Positions 1-7,318 of a stretch of 14,920 bases of DNA are shown here, piece after piece. How positions within the stretch are numbered: position 1 is the first letter of the stretch; each line of letters starts with the position of its first letter. The translations under genes and the position numbers were made by a program. The stretch comes from Candidatus Heimdallarchaeota archaeon (GTDB lineage: Archaea; Asgardarchaeota; Heimdallarchaeia; Heimdallarchaeales; Heimdallarchaeaceae), in assembly GCA_030668825.1 (NCBI GenBank), contig DAOVET010000060.1:1-14920 (forward strand), in the 5' to 3' direction. The notes below the pieces were generated by a model. It was not told the origin of the DNA. It saw nothing but the letters and a program-made list of their open reading frames with translations, and made no database searches.

Positions 1-206
1 TAGGCTCCCCATTTCATGGTACGTTTACTGAGGGACAACCACCTGTGTAGTTGCGAAACAGGTGAGTGCTGAAGAGCACACCATCTATCTTTCTATATTT
101 ACTTTCATATATAAACCCGGATAAAAAACGTTCATACTTACCCGCCCCCACATCTCCTCTTAGTTAGGTAGAGAGCATATGGTAAGATTAGTCAACTTTC
201 CTACAT
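1..206. mobile_element. Probable end of an insertion (IS-like) interrupting the CLC gene; family not determined
   Basis: CLC-like reading (S-V-V-Y-G-L-L-L-A-L) starts abruptly near 207 and the frame is closed by TAG at 189-191. Upstream sequence is non-coding and structured. No transposase is visible inside the window, so an assembly join cannot be excluded. Confidence 0.45.
16..204 (-). ncRNA. Putative structured RNA at the end of an inserted element (three stem-loop domains)
   Basis: No CLC-like coding on the plus strand. Read on the minus strand, D1 is GTAGGAAAGTT (204-194) pairing with AACGTTTTTTAT (132-121), enclosing CTTACC/GGTAAG (186-181/142-137) and an inner CTCTCT/AGAGGAG hairpin. 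D2 is the hairpin TTTATATATG-AAAG-TAAATATAGA (115-92). D3 is ATGGTGTG (84-77) pairing with CGTACCAT (23-16), enclosing a 12+16-nt internal loop and a perfect 7-bp CACCTGT/ACAGGTG hairpin (64-58/46-40). All three domains contain G-U pairs that work only on the minus strand. Folded by hand. Confidence 0.5.
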
Positions 207-227
207 TCAGTTGTTTACGGTCTTCTA

Positions 228-1397
228 TTGGCTCTACAGAAAATACCTTTTCTTTCGGAAGCTCCAGTGCTTTTGTCTCCTGTAACAACTAGTTTTACCA
301 TAACTTTTGTTAATTCTCTTCAGTTTCTCTTGTTTGGAATAATCGCCGGATTTCTTGGTATAGGATTTTCTCTGCTTTTTAGATATTTATCAAAAGGATT
401 TGACAGATACATCAAGAATCACTTTTTACCTTTAATAGGCATGGCAATCACTGCTATTATTGTGTTTTTAGTAGATGACTTTTGGTTACCTGAAGGCGTA
501 AAACTGTCGGGTACGGGGTTTAGATCTATAAATAACTTACTTGCAAATGAATCCATTGAACTAGGTATTTTGTTTGTATTGTTATTGGGGAAAATTATAG
601 TAACTTCAACATGTGTTGGTTTTGGAAATAGTGCGGGAGTTATGGGCCCAACCTTAGTAACAGGGGCAGCTTTAGGGTTGTTATATTCACGATTATTTCC
701 TTCCTTAGAAGCAACTGCATTAATGGTTGTAGGGATGTCAGCAATGCATACTTCAACAACAAAAACACCTATCGCTTCAATGATCCTTGTTCTTGAAATG
801 GTAGGGTTTCCAAATTTAATAATACCAATTATTCTAACTAACGCGATGGCTTTCATCATTTCAATGGACTTTAGTCTCTACAAAGGTCAAATCAGAAGCA
901 AAGAAGTTATTCTAAGAAGAACAATTCAACATACTGATGTTCTTGAGACACTTACTGTAAAATCAGCAATGGAGGATTCTTTTGCTTCACTCAAAAAACA
1001 TGATTTGTTGGAAGAAACCTTTCCACTTTTATACTTAGAGAAGAGAAGTTCGTTACCTGTTGTTGATGACAATGATTTTTTAGTAGGAATTATTAGTGCC
1101 ATTGATTACCAAGAAGGTTTCTCAAAAAGTAAAAGTACTGTTGGTGAATGTATGACATCTGAAGTTATTGTAGCTTATCCTGATGAAACACTTACGGCAG
1201 TTTTTGATCGACTAACTACTCATAGAATAGAATGTCTTCCAGTTGTTGATAGAACAGATCAAAAGACAATTGTTGGTTTCTTAACATTTAGAGATATAGA
1301 AGCACGCTATGAATCAGAGCTTACTCGTATTCACAGTAAAAGGTCATTAACAATTGAAGAATTAGAAAGTGATGAAGGAGATTTAAATGATTTTTGA
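228..1397 (+). CDS. CLC-family chloride channel/transporter with C-terminal CBS pair, 5'-truncated (likely disrupted gene)
   Basis: Second half of the CLC membrane domain is present: LSGTGF, GKIIVTSTCVGFGNSAGVMGPTLVTGAALG (GxFxP-equivalent), TKTPIASMILVLEMVG and FSLY (central Tyr). Two CBS domains follow (SSLPVVDDNDFLVGIIS; CLPVVDRTDQKTIVGFLT). The N-terminal half with the GSGIP/GREGP motifs is absent. The frame is open from 192 and TTG at 228 is probably not the native start. Confidence 0.9.
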   Translation: MALQKIPFLSEAPVLLSPVTTSFTITFVNSLQFLLFGIIAGFLGIGFSLLFRYLSKGFDRYIKNHFLPLIGMAITAIIVFLVDDFWLPEGVKLSGTGFRSINNLLANESIELGILFVLLLGKIIVTSTCVGFGNSAGVMGPTLVTGAALGLLYSRLFPSLEATALMVVGMSAMHTSTTKTPIASMILVLEMVGFPNLIIPIILTNAMAFIISMDFSLYKGQIRSKEVILRRTIQHTDVLETLTVKSAMEDSFASLKKHDLLEETFPLLYLEKRSSLPVVDDNDFLVGIISAIDYQEGFSKSKSTVGECMTSEVIVAYPDETLTAVFDRLTTHRIECLPVVDRTDQKTIVGFLTFRDIEARYESELTRIHSKRSLTIEELESDEGDLNDF

Positions 1398-2148
1398 CAC
1401 AGTTGAATCTTCTTTCTATGGCTTGGAGAAACTTAAATTTTCTTTGCAAATATGGAATGAACATTGGTATCCAAAGATTTGCGAATTTCTAAATATTGAT
1501 GATAATGAAGACCTAAAAGCACTTCAACAAATTATACATTCCCATCCAAGTAATTATTCTGAAATTAAATTGCGAAACATGCTTGAAGAAAAATTGGTTT
1601 ATGCAATCGCTCCTGGTATCCATTTGGAAGAAGACTTTTCTGAATATCTCGAAAAACATGCTAAGGCTTCAGATGTCTTAATATCAGCTGATGGGGCTAC
1701 TTCTTTTCTTATTTCCCAAGGAATTATTCCAAATTTCATAGTTACTGATTTAGATGGGGTAATTGGTGATCAACTAACTGCTCAACTAAAAGGATCTGTA
1801 CCTATTGTTCATGTACATGGAGATAACTTAGACGCAGTTAAGGCCAATATTACTCAAATTTCTAAAGGGTCTTTCATAATTTCCACACAGACAACTCCTT
1901 TACCTGGTTCATTTAACTTCTTTGGATTTACTGATGGGGACAGAATAATTTGTTTATCCACTTTTATGTCGGCATCAAAAATTGGCTTAATTGGGTTTGA
2001 TTTTGGGACAAAAATAGGTAAGTATTCTAAAATGTCAGAATTGAACAAAGATGCCAAAGAACGAAAACTGAAGAAATTTATTGTTGCTAAGTCTATTATC
2101 AATTGGTGTTCCAACACTGGTCAAGATATTTTTTTGGTTAAAAAATAG
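1387..2148 (+). CDS. mptE: Archaeal 6-hydroxymethyl-7,8-dihydropterin pyrophosphokinase (MptE/DUF115 family)
   Basis: Motifs ISADGAT, IVTDLDG, VHVHGDN, NFFGFTDGDR, GFDFGxxIGKYSK and KLKK. The start overlaps the CLC stop by 11 nt. Confidence 0.9.
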   Translation: MIFDTVESSFYGLEKLKFSLQIWNEHWYPKICEFLNIDDNEDLKALQQIIHSHPSNYSEIKLRNMLEEKLVYAIAPGIHLEEDFSEYLEKHAKASDVLISADGATSFLISQGIIPNFIVTDLDGVIGDQLTAQLKGSVPIVHVHGDNLDAVKANITQISKGSFIISTQTTPLPGSFNFFGFTDGDRIICLSTFMSASKIGLIGFDFGTKIGKYSKMSELNKDAKERKLKKFIVAKSIINWCSNTGQDIFLVKK

Positions 2149-2149
2149 A

Positions 2150-2644
2150 TTAATCCTTATGAACCGGAAATAATTCAGTTGTTACTCCTTGCCCTTCATA
2201 CTCATAAACAGTAACTGTAACTTGGCTTATGTTTTCTCTTTTGATTTCATCACTTTGTGCTAAGAGTTGAACAAAATAATGGCTCATCTCTTCTACAGTT
2301 GTGTTTTCAATAGGGAGTAAAACAACATCTGATTTAGGAAGTTCATATTCTTTATCGAGGTGAGGAATTTTGATTATCACTTGTCCATCTTTTTCTGTAA
2401 TTTCTAGAAACTTATTTTTAGATGGAACAAGAACATAATGATCCAGAGAATCAACAAAAGGCTTTAAGATTTTTTTAATGTCATGGAAATCAATGACCAT
2501 GTTATCTTTTCCCTGTGTTCCATAAACATTAATTAAGATCTTATAATTATGTCCATGAAGTGGCTCATAGAAGTTTTCTCCAATTACAAAATGTGCACTA
2601 GAGAAAGTTAAGTAATCCCTATTTAGAAACAAATTATAAGTCAT
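2150..2644 (-). CDS. 6-pyruvoyl-tetrahydropterin synthase family (COG0720), PTPS-III-type motif
   Basis: Motifs FSSAHF, EPLHGHNY, MVIDF, LDH and NTTVEE, plus a C-terminal VYE. The active-site motif is E-x2-HGH and the protein contains no Cys at all. Confidence 0.9.
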   Translation of the reverse strand: MTYNLFLNRDYLTFSSAHFVIGENFYEPLHGHNYKILINVYGTQGKDNMVIDFHDIKKILKPFVDSLDHYVLVPSKNKFLEITEKDGQVIIKIPHLDKEYELPKSDVVLLPIENTTVEEMSHYFVQLLAQSDEIKRENISQVTVTVYEYEGQGVTTELFPVHKD

Positions 2645-2693
2645 TAGTATATGATTCTTCGATTTTAATAAAAATCCTTCTTTTTGGCATATG

Positions 2694-3629
2694 CTATTCT
2701 GAACTCTCTAAAATAAAAGATTCAAGCTCTTGAATGCCCAGATCAATATCAACCAAATATACCAGAAATTCCGAAAGCAAAGCAGCATATTCATTTCTTA
2801 ATTCTTTTCCTAGATTGATAAGATCATCAAAACTGCTGATATCATCTAATCCCCAGGAAAGAACATCACACAACTTTCCTATTTCATCCTCACTTAGAAC
2901 ATCTTTAGATTTTGATTCAAGCATCTGAATCTGAGATAAGATTTTTTCTGCACTCAAGGATTCATCATCATAGATTGATACTAGTGGCAATATGCAGATA
3001 TCAAGCAACTCATGCAAAGTCATTTGTGCTTTGTCCCCAAGGTCAATTGCCTGGTATGATAAATCTGTTATTTGTTTTATCAAATCTTTTTGTACTTCTT
3101 GACTTTCTAATCCTGTTATATTTGATTTATGCAGTGTTATATATTCATCTTGTTTCTCCATTACTAAGGATAGGTTATTTCGAAGATTTTCCTCCGCTGA
3201 GGATTCTGGTGAAGTCCTGTAATAAATATCTTGCCAAGTGTTGTTGATAACCTCTTTTAATTCCAGTAGCTCCCCTCCTCTAACTAGCGTATTTTCAATT
3301 TTCTGAATGATTATCTCACGTTCATTCATTCCCTTCAAATAAGCTCTTTCTACCTCTTCTTCAAATTCTGTAGCTGTTCTTCCTCCTGAACGAAGATAAT
3401 CAACTAATGAGCTTTGATAAAAGGTTCGTGCAAGCATAGACATTGAAGACAAAAGGGTTGTTCTTAATGTATAAATGCTATCTTCATTTGAACTTAGAAA
3501 GCGATCAATAGAGGTTAGCATTTTATTCATCAATGTATATATGTGGCGGAGTGTCCGATAGTTTAACCTATCGAGAAATTTACCTAAGACTGTTTGCCTT
3601 TCCAGAACCGCCTCTATGTCTTCTTGCAT
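2694..3629 (-). CDS. Hypothetical acidic alpha-helical protein
   Basis: 311-aa ORF rich in L/E/S with no obvious TM segment. A TATA-like TTTATTTAAG lies about 25 nt upstream. No motif recognised. Confidence 0.75.
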   Translation of the reverse strand: MQEDIEAVLERQTVLGKFLDRLNYRTLRHIYTLMNKMLTSIDRFLSSNEDSIYTLRTTLLSSMSMLARTFYQSSLVDYLRSGGRTATEFEEEVERAYLKGMNEREIIIQKIENTLVRGGELLELKEVINNTWQDIYYRTSPESSAEENLRNNLSLVMEKQDEYITLHKSNITGLESQEVQKDLIKQITDLSYQAIDLGDKAQMTLHELLDICILPLVSIYDDESLSAEKILSQIQMLESKSKDVLSEDEIGKLCDVLSWGLDDISSFDDLINLGKELRNEYAALLSEFLVYLVDIDLGIQELESFILESSE

Positions 3630-3752
3630 TAGTAATAATGTGATTGTTAAGCTTAAATAAAAGCCTTATCTTCTGTAATATTCGAACTGAATAGATTTTT
3701 ACAACTTTGAAGAAGAAAAAATTTCTAGTAAAAAATAATAACACAATGGAAT

Positions 3753-3767
3753 AAAAAAACAAAGAAA
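3753..3767 (-). terminator. Oligo-T archaeal-type terminator after the Nudix gene
   Basis: Minus strand reads TTTCTTTGTTTTTTT immediately after the stop codon. Confidence 0.35.
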
Positions 3768-4280
3768 TTAGCCATATAATTCGTAATTATGGACATTTAA
3801 TTGCTTTTTAATTTCTAGGTCAGGAACATAACTTAATAGAGGAAACCCCTTTTTTCCTATTTTATATTCAATTATATATCTGCTTAAACTTGATAGTTCA
3901 TGTTTTTTAATTTCTTCAAAAGGAATAAATTCGGCTTCTGTAATTTCTACATTATCTGCTATAGGTTCTCCTCCTTTAAATTGAAGATTGAAGACAATGT
4001 ACACGTCTGAAATTAACCCCTTGTCGTTCTTCTCATCATTCATGTGTCGTATCGCTATCAAATCAATAGTTTGTGTGTGCACCCCAGTTTCTTCTAGAAC
4101 TTCACGTTCAATTGCAGATGAAAGTGTTTCCCCTAAATCGACATAACCGCCAGGTAAATTCCATTTTCCCTTATTGATTCCATATTTATATTTGATCAAT
4201 AGAATTCTCCCATCATGATAGCATAAGCCACCAACACCAACCTTATGGAGACTATGACGAGAAACATAATCACTATACAT
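3768..4280 (-). CDS. Nudix hydrolase (NUDT6/ADP-ribose pyrophosphatase-like)
   Basis: Complete Nudix box GGYVDLGETLSSAIEREVLEETGV. The flanking HKVGVGG, WNLPGG, RH and SDVYIVF resemble the NUDT6-type subfamily. Confidence 0.9.
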   Translation of the reverse strand: MYSDYVSRHSLHKVGVGGLCYHDGRILLIKYKYGINKGKWNLPGGYVDLGETLSSAIEREVLEETGVHTQTIDLIAIRHMNDEKNDKGLISDVYIVFNLQFKGGEPIADNVEITEAEFIPFEEIKKHELSSLSRYIIEYKIGKKGFPLLSYVPDLEIKKQLNVHNYELYG

Positions 4281-4285
4281 GTGTA

Positions 4286-4459
4286 CTAATTGCTTCTATG
4301 TGTTAAAAATATTAAGGAAACTGTCGAATCTTTTAGAGTATTTGGAATCAAAAAAGGTGCTCCTGGAGTTATTGATTTTCTTGAAACTCTCAAATTCCTC
4401 CCCTAATCTCTTTTTCTTTCTTTAAAACTGGGTCTTTGATTTTCTTTTATCTTTTTCAT
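4286..4459 (-). pseudogene. Possible decayed remnant of an archaeal prepilin/preflagellin peptidase (A24) C-terminal domain
   Basis: Manual translation gives MKKIKENQRPSFKERKRD*GRNLRVSRKSITPGAPFLIPNTLKDSTVSLIFLTHRSN*. The segment ITPGAPFLIPNTL...VSLIF resembles the A24 C-terminal W[VI]TPGxPFLxPITLG motif. Internal TAG at 4405-4403. Confidence 0.3.
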
Positions 4460-4472
4460 TCTTTTTTGTATT

Positions 4473-4488
4473 CCCGTCCTATGACGGG
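4473..4488. promoter_or_regulatory. GC-rich palindromic operator CCCGTC-N4-GACGGG upstream of a TATA-like box of the EamA gene
   Basis: Perfect 6-bp inverted repeat in a very AT-rich intergenic region, followed directly by TAAAATTTAATT. EamA ATG is at 4544. Confidence 0.55.
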
Positions 4489-4543
4489 TAAAATTTAATT
4501 TAGTTGTAATCTCTTAATTGTTTGTGGATAGTTGTAAACAAAT

Positions 4544-5551
4544 ATGCATCGAATATCTAAATTGACAAATAAGCGGGGATTTACAGTCTTTCAAGCATTT
4601 TTTGTTACATTCCTATGGTCATCATCTTGGCCAATAATAAAATTCGGTCTTGAGGAGATTCCTCCCCTAATTTTTGCGGGTATGAGATATATTATCGCAT
4701 CAGCTATCCTTCTTATCTATGTGTTTTCTTTTTCAAAATATAGACATGAAATTAAGAATCTGTCCGTGAGATGGTGGTCAAAATTAGTATTTTATGGGGT
4801 TATTTTTTATTCTATAACTCAAGGTGCGCAATTTCTTGGTTTACAGTATCTTCCTGCTATCACTGTAAGTCTCTTACTTAGTTTTACTCCCATTATTGTC
4901 CTCTTTTTTGCGAACACACTACTAAAGGAGAAGTCAAACGTAGTACAAATTCTATTAGTTATTGTCGCTTTGGGAGGAGCTTTACTTTACTTTCTTTTAA
5001 GTCCTGAATTAGTCAGTACTCAATTTAACATGGTCTCAGGATATATGCAACTTTTCTTACACTCTTCTGGTTCAATTCCACTTAATTTGAGAATTTTAGG
5101 CCTTATAATTGTCATTGTGGGGGTTTTAGCAAATGCGTTTTCGGCAATTATTGGAAGATCGATAAACCAATCTAAAGAAGTAAGTTCAGTTGTTATCACT
5201 TCAGTTAGCATGTTTATAGGATCTGTGATTTTGCTAATCTCTGGTCTTATTGTAGAAGGAATACCTAGGCTATCCCCCGTCTCAGTAGGATATATACTCT
5301 GGTTAAGCATTGTAAATACTGCTTTAGCTTTTACACTTTGGAACCATGCTATGCAGAAACTGAGAGCTGTTGAAATCTCAATTATCAATAATACTATGTT
5401 GTTTCAAATAACAATACTGGCGGTGATTTTTCTCGCTGAGAGACCTTCAGGAATCCAGTGGATTGGATTAATTATAGTAGCTATTTCTGGATTACTTTTA
5501 CCTTTATTTAAAACGAAAAAGGACGAAACTTTTACTGTTGTTCAGGAGTAA
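4544..5551 (+). CDS. EamA/DMT-family transporter
   Basis: Two EamA repeats and about 10 hydrophobic segments. Motifs LWSSSWPIIKFGLEEIPPLIFAGMRY, LLKEK, TALAFTLWNHA and FLAERP..QWIG. Confidence 0.93.
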   Translation: MHRISKLTNKRGFTVFQAFFVTFLWSSSWPIIKFGLEEIPPLIFAGMRYIIASAILLIYVFSFSKYRHEIKNLSVRWWSKLVFYGVIFYSITQGAQFLGLQYLPAITVSLLLSFTPIIVLFFANTLLKEKSNVVQILLVIVALGGALLYFLLSPELVSTQFNMVSGYMQLFLHSSGSIPLNLRILGLIIVIVGVLANAFSAIIGRSINQSKEVSSVVITSVSMFIGSVILLISGLIVEGIPRLSPVSVGYILWLSIVNTALAFTLWNHAMQKLRAVEISIINNTMLFQITILAVIFLAERPSGIQWIGLIIVAISGLLLPLFKTKKDETFTVVQE

Positions 5552-6180
5552 ACAAGCTGATTTTCCACAATCCTTTGTTCAGCTCTTCTTATTCTCTCTT
5601 GTAAAGCCACTCGTTTTATGCCTAGTATAGGAGCTAGTTCCTCCAAAGTACATTTCCTAGGGATTTCATAGTATCCCTTTTGAAAAGCAAGTGCAATCGC
5701 TTCATACTGTTTATCTGTTAACAGCTCTTGTAGCGTATCAGTAGGTTTTGATGAAAGAGCCCTCAGATTGATTGTGGAAAATCTCTCTTTGAGCTGTTTC
5801 AATAGTTTTCTAAAGGCATCAGGTGTAGGAGAAAGAATAGTATGATACTGTACTCCATTTTCAATAACAATTGGAAGAATTGTCATACTTCCACTTTCCA
5901 AAATGGTTTCATGAATGGAGGGAAAATCTAGTTTATGAGTTACTCTAGTCCAATATCTAGATGGGGACTTATGAGTAATTTTTATATTAACAACCTGCAT
6001 CGATTTTCTCATTTGTTCAACGTATTTTTCTAATGATTCATTTCTATTATCTACCGCCTCATAAAAGCCTAATCCTTCTGCACCATTGATTGCGAGAATC
6101 GACACTCTAACAGGAATTTTCTTTGTTAATTCACAAGAGTAATAATCTTCTGAACTAATAGCAATTTTACTTCTTATCAC
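5542..6180 (-). CDS. HTH-10 (bacterio-opsin activator-type) transcriptional regulator
   Basis: C-terminal LTDKQYEAIALAFQKGYYEIPRKCTLEELAPILGIKRVALQERIRRAEQRI is the classic archaeal HTH-10 signature. GTG start. Overlaps the 3' end of EamA by 10 nt. Confidence 0.9.
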   Translation of the reverse strand: MIRSKIAISSEDYYSCELTKKIPVRVSILAINGAEGLGFYEAVDNRNESLEKYVEQMRKSMQVVNIKITHKSPSRYWTRVTHKLDFPSIHETILESGSMTILPIVIENGVQYHTILSPTPDAFRKLLKQLKERFSTINLRALSSKPTDTLQELLTDKQYEAIALAFQKGYYEIPRKCTLEELAPILGIKRVALQERIRRAEQRIVENQLVYS

Positions 6181-6228
6181 ATTTACTAGAAGAATTCAGA
6201 ATTTAAAAAAGTAGTTAAAAAGAAGAAA

Positions 6229-7137
6229 TTATCTTCTTTTTCGTTTATAAACAATTAAACTTACTAGAGCCAAGCCAATAACAGAATATGCCCAATCAAA
6301 AGGTGCACCTATAGGAAGGGTTGTGCTTTTGATAAGAAGATTAATTGAGTTATCAGTAATATCTAGTGATCCTTCTACAGTTCTTTCACGATGGAAAGCA
6401 TAGTCATAATCTACGTAGGTTAGTAAACCTGTTTTAACATTGAATCTAATCTCAATATATCTGTTTATTGTCTCATATGTTTTTTCCCAATCCTCAGGAT
6501 CAACCAAATCGTCCTCAGTTTCTTTTTCTTCGACTTGTAATTTTACAGTCCATACTTTTGAGCTCAGTTTGGATGACTGAGAGATTTTTGCAAAATACTT
6601 GTTTAAATATCCATGACTGGACAATTCCTCCTCAATTGTTGCAGTTACTTGTGGAAATTCTGCATTCAAAATTTCAAAGTAATTGTAAACTCCAGTTACA
6701 TTTTCATATGTTGTTGGTTGTAAGAAGAAATCATCCATACCTATAGACATTAATCCTAACCAATTAAGATCCAATAATCCTATCTGATCTGTTTCATTAG
6801 TTTTGAATTCACCGTTAAGATAAAATTCTGCCCAGATATTTTCAGGATCCAATAATTCAGATGTAGTTCCGTTTGTAACGTTATTAATGCTGTCTAGAAG
6901 TGTTATAGAGAATTTATCTCCTTTCTTGAGTGTATCATCGCCAAAGTTTAGAAAATTTGTATTTACTGACCCCAATGTACTTAATTCTACAACTTCCCAT
7001 TCATAAGAAGCTCCCACTGTCAGCTCTGAAGGATAGGAATATTCTTGGCCTTGAACTGTATTTGTTTTAGAAATACTAGTTAAAACTAATAGTCCTAAAA
7101 CCATCACTATGGTTAGTTTGATTTTTGTTCTTTTCAT
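6229..7137 (-). CDS. Secreted/surface protein with signal peptide and C-terminal membrane anchor
   Basis: The probable start is MKRTKIKLTIVMVLGLLVL at 7137, with GGTGA RBS upstream, rather than 7185. The body is acidic and beta-rich with four N-x-T sequons (NVT, NGT, NET, NVT). The C-terminus GAPFDWAYSVIGLALVSLIVYKRKRR is motif + TM helix + basic tail. Confidence 0.8.
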   Translation of the reverse strand: MKRTKIKLTIVMVLGLLVLTSISKTNTVQGQEYSYPSELTVGASYEWEVVELSTLGSVNTNFLNFGDDTLKKGDKFSITLLDSINNVTNGTTSELLDPENIWAEFYLNGEFKTNETDQIGLLDLNWLGLMSIGMDDFFLQPTTYENVTGVYNYFEILNAEFPQVTATIEEELSSHGYLNKYFAKISQSSKLSSKVWTVKLQVEEKETEDDLVDPEDWEKTYETINRYIEIRFNVKTGLLTYVDYDYAFHRERTVEGSLDITDNSINLLIKSTTLPIGAPFDWAYSVIGLALVSLIVYKRKRR

Positions 7138-7307
7138 TTTCTTTTCACCAAATAATCGAAAACGCGATATATTTAATTCACACAATGCATTTTCCGAAAT
7201 ATAAACCTTTGGAGATTCATCACACGATTTTCCCCGAATCCTTATTAAACTACAAATAAACTAATTGAAGAAAGTAGTTTCCATCCAAATCTAGAAAAAC
7301 AACTCTT

Positions 7308-7314
7308 GAGGTGA
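7308..7314 (+). promoter_or_regulatory. Shine-Dalgarno site GAGGTGA
   Basis: Ends 4 nt before the ATG at 7319. Confidence 0.6.
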
Positions 7315-7318
7315 AAGA

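Noticed and set aside
1-206. Group II intron, canonical HEARO/omega-RNA, tRNA or CRISPR array
   Set aside because: No GTGCG 5' end or domain V, no cloverleaf and no repeat-spacer pattern. GTTGACTA on the minus strand lacks the partner arm and downstream motifs I would expect for HEARO.
196-210. Pyrimidine tract plus CAG resembling a spliceosomal 3' splice site
   Set aside because: The window is prokaryotic in organisation and the motif is too short to be meaningful.
23-218. Short matches between the domain-3 loop and the junction (GTTTAC at 23-28 and 213-218; TCAG in both loop strands and at 207-210)
   Set aside because: Matches of 4-6 nt are expected by chance and cannot count as guide-target evidence without the other element end.
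2150-2644. Calling this gene queD
   Set aside because: The catalytic Cys is absent and the motif is PTPS-III-like.
2661-2676. Inverted repeat GATTTT-N4-AAAATC upstream of the PTPS gene
   Set aside because: It is almost all A/T and overlaps the probable TATA box, so it is likely chance.
3580-3762. 60-aa minus-strand ORF
   Set aside because: It translates a T-rich terminator/promoter region and overlaps the next gene out of frame.
3768-4280. Nudix as a dihydroneopterin triphosphate pyrophosphatase of the pterin pathway
   Set aside because: The flanking motifs look NUDT6-like, and a PTPS-III route would not need that step.
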